Made by a program: the position numbers and the translations under genes. From contig CATNEN010000039.1 in the NCBI GenBank assembly GCA_950097015.1, positions 6,014,001 through 6,078,000 of the forward strand: 64,000 nucleotides of DNA, written 5' to 3'. The DNA is from Macrostomum hystrix. Its lineage: Eukaryota > Animalia > Platyhelminthes. Under the pieces are notes generated by a model. It worked only from the letters and a program-made list of their open reading frames with translations, was not told the origin of the DNA and did no database searches. Below are positions 60,151 through 64,000 of the stretch, piece by piece. Numbering within the stretch: the first letter of the stretch is position 1; the number at the start of each line of letters is the position of its first letter.

Positions 60151-62412
60151 TCAGCCAAACCAGTGATTGGCCTGGCACTGCCGGGTCCACTCCAGCTGGC
60201 AGATCCAGCACCAAGGCTGGCCGCACTGGCGACACGTGATGTGCATGCAGCCGCCGTTACGCTCTGTCGGCGCCCGACATTGTGGGCAGGGCTTCGATAT
60301 GTTTCGAATAGTCTGCTCAGACTGGTGCTCTGTCATCGTAGCGTCGTTGATAATGCTGGAGCAGGCGCCGACGTGGGCGAGGGCGCGGCACGCCAAGCAG
60401 ATGCTGGCGCCGCAGCCGCCAAGGCTAGGCTCGCATGCCACCTGCAATAATCAGACATAGATTACAGAATTTTCAATAGGGTGGAAGGCAATCTTTTAAA
60501 TAAGCGTTTATAACGACAAAATGTTTATAGATTACAGTTCGCTGTTAGCAATGCCAGCCATGGATATACAGTGGAATTTCCGTGGCTGACTTATAAATAT
60601 TCTCGATACATAAATTATAGATTAATGCATCTGCCGCCTACCTGTCCGTGGGCGGCAGATGCGGCCAGTTCGTACTGGGCCGAGCACGTGGGGCACAGCA
60701 CGTGACCCGCCTCGGCGTTAAGCAAAGCCCTCCGGGCGCCAAGCTCTTTCACTCGCTCGTAAGCTTCGGCGCCAAGTATGCGAAAAGTATGAGCGTCGCT
60801 TAGATAACGATTGGTAAGGCGACAGTCGTGTCCCGGACAGTCCATTGTGAGGCCGCGGTCGGGCAGGAACAGCAGGCGGTTGTCATTTAGCCTAGCCAGG
60901 GCGTCCGATTTGAAACAGTCCAGACAGACTGCGTGACCGCAGGGAAAGGAAAGCAGAGGGCGCCCGATGGGTGGCAACTCGGTGCACACGCAGCAGGCGG
61001 ACTGGCCTGGAAAGGAGGGTGGGTGGGTGCGGCTTAGCAACAGGCGGACTGGCCTGGAAAGGAGGGTGGGGTGGGTGCGGCTTAGCAACAGGCGGACTGG
61101 CCTGGAAAGGAGGGTGGGGTGGGTGCGGCTTAGCAACAGGCGGACTGGCCTGGAAAGGAGGGTGGGGTGGGTGCGGCTTAGCAACAGGCGGACTGGCCTG
61201 GAAAGGAGGGTGGGGTGGGTGCGGCTTAGCAACAGGCGGACTGGCCTGGAAAGGATGGTGGGGTGGGTGCGGCTTAGCAACAGGCGGACTGGCCTGGGAA
61301 GGAGGGTGGGGGTGGGTGCGGCTTAGCAACAGGCGGACTGGCCTGGCAAGGAGGGTGAGGTGGGTGCGGCTTAGCAACAGGCGGACTGGCCTGTGAAGGA
61401 GGGTGGGGGTGGGTGCGGCTTAGCAACAGGCGGACTGGCCTGTGAAGGAGGGTGGGGTGGGTGCGGCTTAGCAAAGCTCGATTGCAGAGCTACCCCAACC
61501 GTCCAAGATGGTGGCGAGCTCCTTGACTGGCACGCAGCGCCGGCTGGGGTGCGGCCCCTCCGCTGAGCAGGTCGCAACGAGACGAAACCGTCGCCGTCCG
61601 CGGCCGCATCCGCGACAGTCGCCGCTAGCTCCGACACTGTCGGTGTTAAGCAGATCCGCCCAGCTGGCCGGCTCCCGAGACTGGTCGTCCAGTCCCAGCT
61701 GGACACCGAGTCCGCAGTCGCCGCAGATGGCATCGACCACAGCGGGTCGAACCGACTCGCAGTCGTAGCAGAAAACCCACAGCGTTGGCAGCAGACGACG
61801 AGCCGAGGCGGTGGCGACGGCTTCAGAAGCTCCGGCGCTGTCGATATGTCGGCGACTGCGCAGCTCGAGGCGGGCGCCGTCGACGAGGCCGCAGTCAGCC
61901 AGGATGGCGTTGTCGTCAAGCGGCAGGTAGCTGGGCAGGGCGACGTAAAGACTAAGCAGCTAAAGTGGCAATAATTTGCGAAAATTTCCCAACCTCGAGT
62001 TCGAATCCTTTGGGGTGAACAGGGCTAGTGTGCACTTTGCGCCCAACCTGCGAAAAGTTGGGACAGATCTTCACACCTTAAATTGATGCTCCAGTCCAGT
62101 GCCCACTGCTAATATTAGTGCTACCTATTACGACTACTATAAAAGTTGGTACAATTCCATATAAAAATCTACTGAAAAAAAATATTTCTGCATTGTAAAC
62201 AAAGGAACTAGAAAACTAGAATCTTACTTGTCATCTTCAGCAGCAGCAGCGCCAGATGCAGACAGACCAATGACAATGTCCAATGGCGCCAGACCAAACT
62301 GCTGACAGGCTAGCTGCTTTAGGAATAGAACATTCCATGATGGCTGGGCAGCCACTGACCAAACTAGAGTTGGCTGCTCACTGGCCAGATGCACTGCCAC
62401 AGTGAGTTGCAT
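60151..62412 (-). CDS. PRKN: Parkin-like RBR E3 ubiquitin ligase (Ubl-RING0-RING1-IBR-RING2). Exons 62412-62228, 61930-61500, 61006-60642, 60441-60151 (423 aa)
   Basis: Ubl ...LADCGLVDGARLEL; RING0 LWVFCYDC...CGDC...PASWADLL...SGDC...C...HP; RING1 CCVC...FPCGHAVCLDCF...HTFRILG; IBR VLCPTC...GCGASICLAC...HVGAC; RING2 KPCPQCRAPTERNGGCMHITC...WCWIC..EW...C...HWFG. 1272 nt in frame. Ortholog versus paralog unresolved. Confidence 0.85.
60994..61473. repeat. 48-bp minisatellite (10 units) overlapping the Parkin-like intron 2/exon 3 junction
   Basis: caggcggactggcctg recurs at about 60994, 61041, 61089, 61137, 61185, 61233, 61281, 61330, 61378 and 61427. Confidence 0.95.
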
Positions 62413-62838
62413 GCAGAACTGTGTAACTGTAAATATAACAGTTTTAGAGCAAAAATTTGTAACTATCTAGTCCTGTTCTAAATGATTCTTAAAACCATTC
62501 AAGTCCATTATTAAAATTAAACTTGCAGCTTTTTATACAAAATTATGGACCAGATTTGCATGAGAAGTCCTAAACTCTTAAAGGAACTAGTTGAACAAAA
62601 CATGCACTTTATATCTGAACAGCTGCACATAAGATTTTATGTTTGTATAATACATTAGAATTTAGATCAATATTGTACACAACAGATAAACGTAATTCTT
62701 TTCACTGAAAATGGCACACATTTTGTTGAATAGCTATTAATATTAAATTAGTGCTTTTCATACATATAATCAATGGACATAAATATATTAAAACTAGCAA
62801 AATACTCGCAAGTCATAATTACATATAACAACCATGCA

Positions 62839-62992
62839 CAGGGGCATAGCCAGGATTTTTTAGGGATATCGGTTTTGGTTCTATTTAGCGTATCCAGAAT
62901 AAAAAACGATTAATTCATTTCTTTCGAAGAAACTGAATGCGAAAAAAATTGAGATATCAAATATCAAATATACCACCCCAACTATGCCACTG
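62839..62992. mobile_element. 154-bp hAT-type MITE
   Basis: TIRs CAGGGGCATAG / CTATGCCACTG; 8-bp TSD ACCATGCA / ACCATACA (one mismatch). Confidence 0.75.
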
Positions 62993-63629
62993 ACCATACA
63001 TTTAGGTTAAGAAAGTCTATTGGTTAAAGAATACTACCCTCAAAATAATAATACGAAACAAATAATAGGTGATCTATTCAGAACAGCACAGAATTACTCA
63101 TACGAGTCATACCACACTTAGTAAATATAATGCATTTAATGTATTTGTCTAGTCATTACTTTGTTCAATTTAAGCTTTAGCTTTTATCCTTTACTTCAGA
63201 AAGCTGTCTAATGCTTTCGCCTTTGTGTCAACTTATAACATGAGGAGTGAATAGCACATCGTTGATTCGTTGGCTGCAACGCAAAAAAATTTAGCGTTTA
63301 CTTCATAAAAGTATAGTTACTAATATATTTTTGTGTTGTGTCACATCACTCTTCGCGGATAACGAATTTCTGCTACCATGGAAGTGCTTTTTAAATTTTC
63401 TAAAAAACATGTATAAGTTTTGTTTTTGTATTATATACACTATTATTTTTTTATATTTAAAAGACTACTAGGGCATTTAAAACCCAGTAAATAATTACTA
63501 GTATTGTGCCTAAATTTGTTTTATTTATATACGTAACTTCCGTGACGCAGGTTTTACAAGGACCACACTAGAAGAAGGACGGGACACTTCGTTTCTTAGA
63601 AAATTTATTAAAGGCCAGCATCTCGTCCA

Positions 63630-63922
63630 ATAGGCCGTCGATCACCGAGCCCGGAGAGGCTGAGTAGGCGGCTGGCCCTCTGCTGCCGGGTCAGACCGAA
63701 AGTGCCGAGCAGACGAGCTTTCAGTGCATCGTACTTCTCCACTGTCGGCGGTTTCTCCAGCACGTCAAGAAGCCGCTCGGCTGTCTGCTGGTCGAGCGCG
63801 GCGACGACATGGCAATACTTGGTGTTGTCATCAGTAATTTTACGCAGGGCGAACTGGGCCTCGACCTGTATGAACCACGCCCTGGGCTGGGAGCCCAAAA
63901 GGTGGGCAGTTTGAGTGCGACG
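63630..63922 (-). pseudogene. Decayed Gypsy-type gag N-terminal fragment
   Basis: VALKLPTFW, then a frameshift, then SQPRAWFIQVEAQF...TKYCHVVAAL...KYDALKARLL...LGDRRP; truncated, with no pol. Confidence 0.8.
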
Positions 63923-64000
63923 GCTCACTCAGTGATGATAATAACCTCAGCTACGCCTGAGTAATCAGCAATAAAGATAAACAAGCTGCAGGCACTGTTT

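Noticed and set aside
62413-64000. PACRG head-to-head with Parkin as in vertebrates
   Set aside because: No PACRG-like coding sequence in the 1.6 kb available; only a MITE and a gag relic are visible.

Overview
Eukaryotic (animal) genomic DNA with GC-rich spliced exons, AT-rich spacers and a very high minisatellite density; the style resembles the flatworm Macrostomum, which is an inference only. In order, the window holds the 3' end of UBR4 (+), a 5-exon RTCA (+), and a tandem segmental duplication (about 12.7-25.3 kb and 25.3-36.4 kb). Each copy of the duplication carries an intronless insulin-like peptide gene (+) and all or part of a divergent opsin (-). The left copy keeps only the last opsin exon and contains a young, intact Ty3/Gypsy retrotransposon (185-bp LTRs, 5-bp TSD). 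Further on are WDR17 (+, 2 coding exons), a THAP-bearing foldback element, a 9-exon DZANK1 (-), a 4-exon Parkin-like RBR ligase (-), a hAT MITE and a decayed Gypsy gag. Four copies of one tRNA-derived SINE are present. Highlights: (1) the Parkin homolog has lost Ubl Ser65, the RING0 phosphate pocket and the REP Trp together; (2) its intron 2 is a 48-bp array made of copies of the 3' splice site, each decoy followed by an in-frame stop; (3) the opsin keeps Lys296 but has degenerate DRY/NPxxY motifs; (4) the duplicated insulin-like genes have extra cysteines and promoter VNTRs that differ between copies; (5) many introns of about 0.4-0.6 kb are each filled by their own minisatellite. Most long ORFs in the supplied track are artefacts of these repeats. 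Exon boundaries were read by eye, and family assignments rest on recalled motifs, not database searches.
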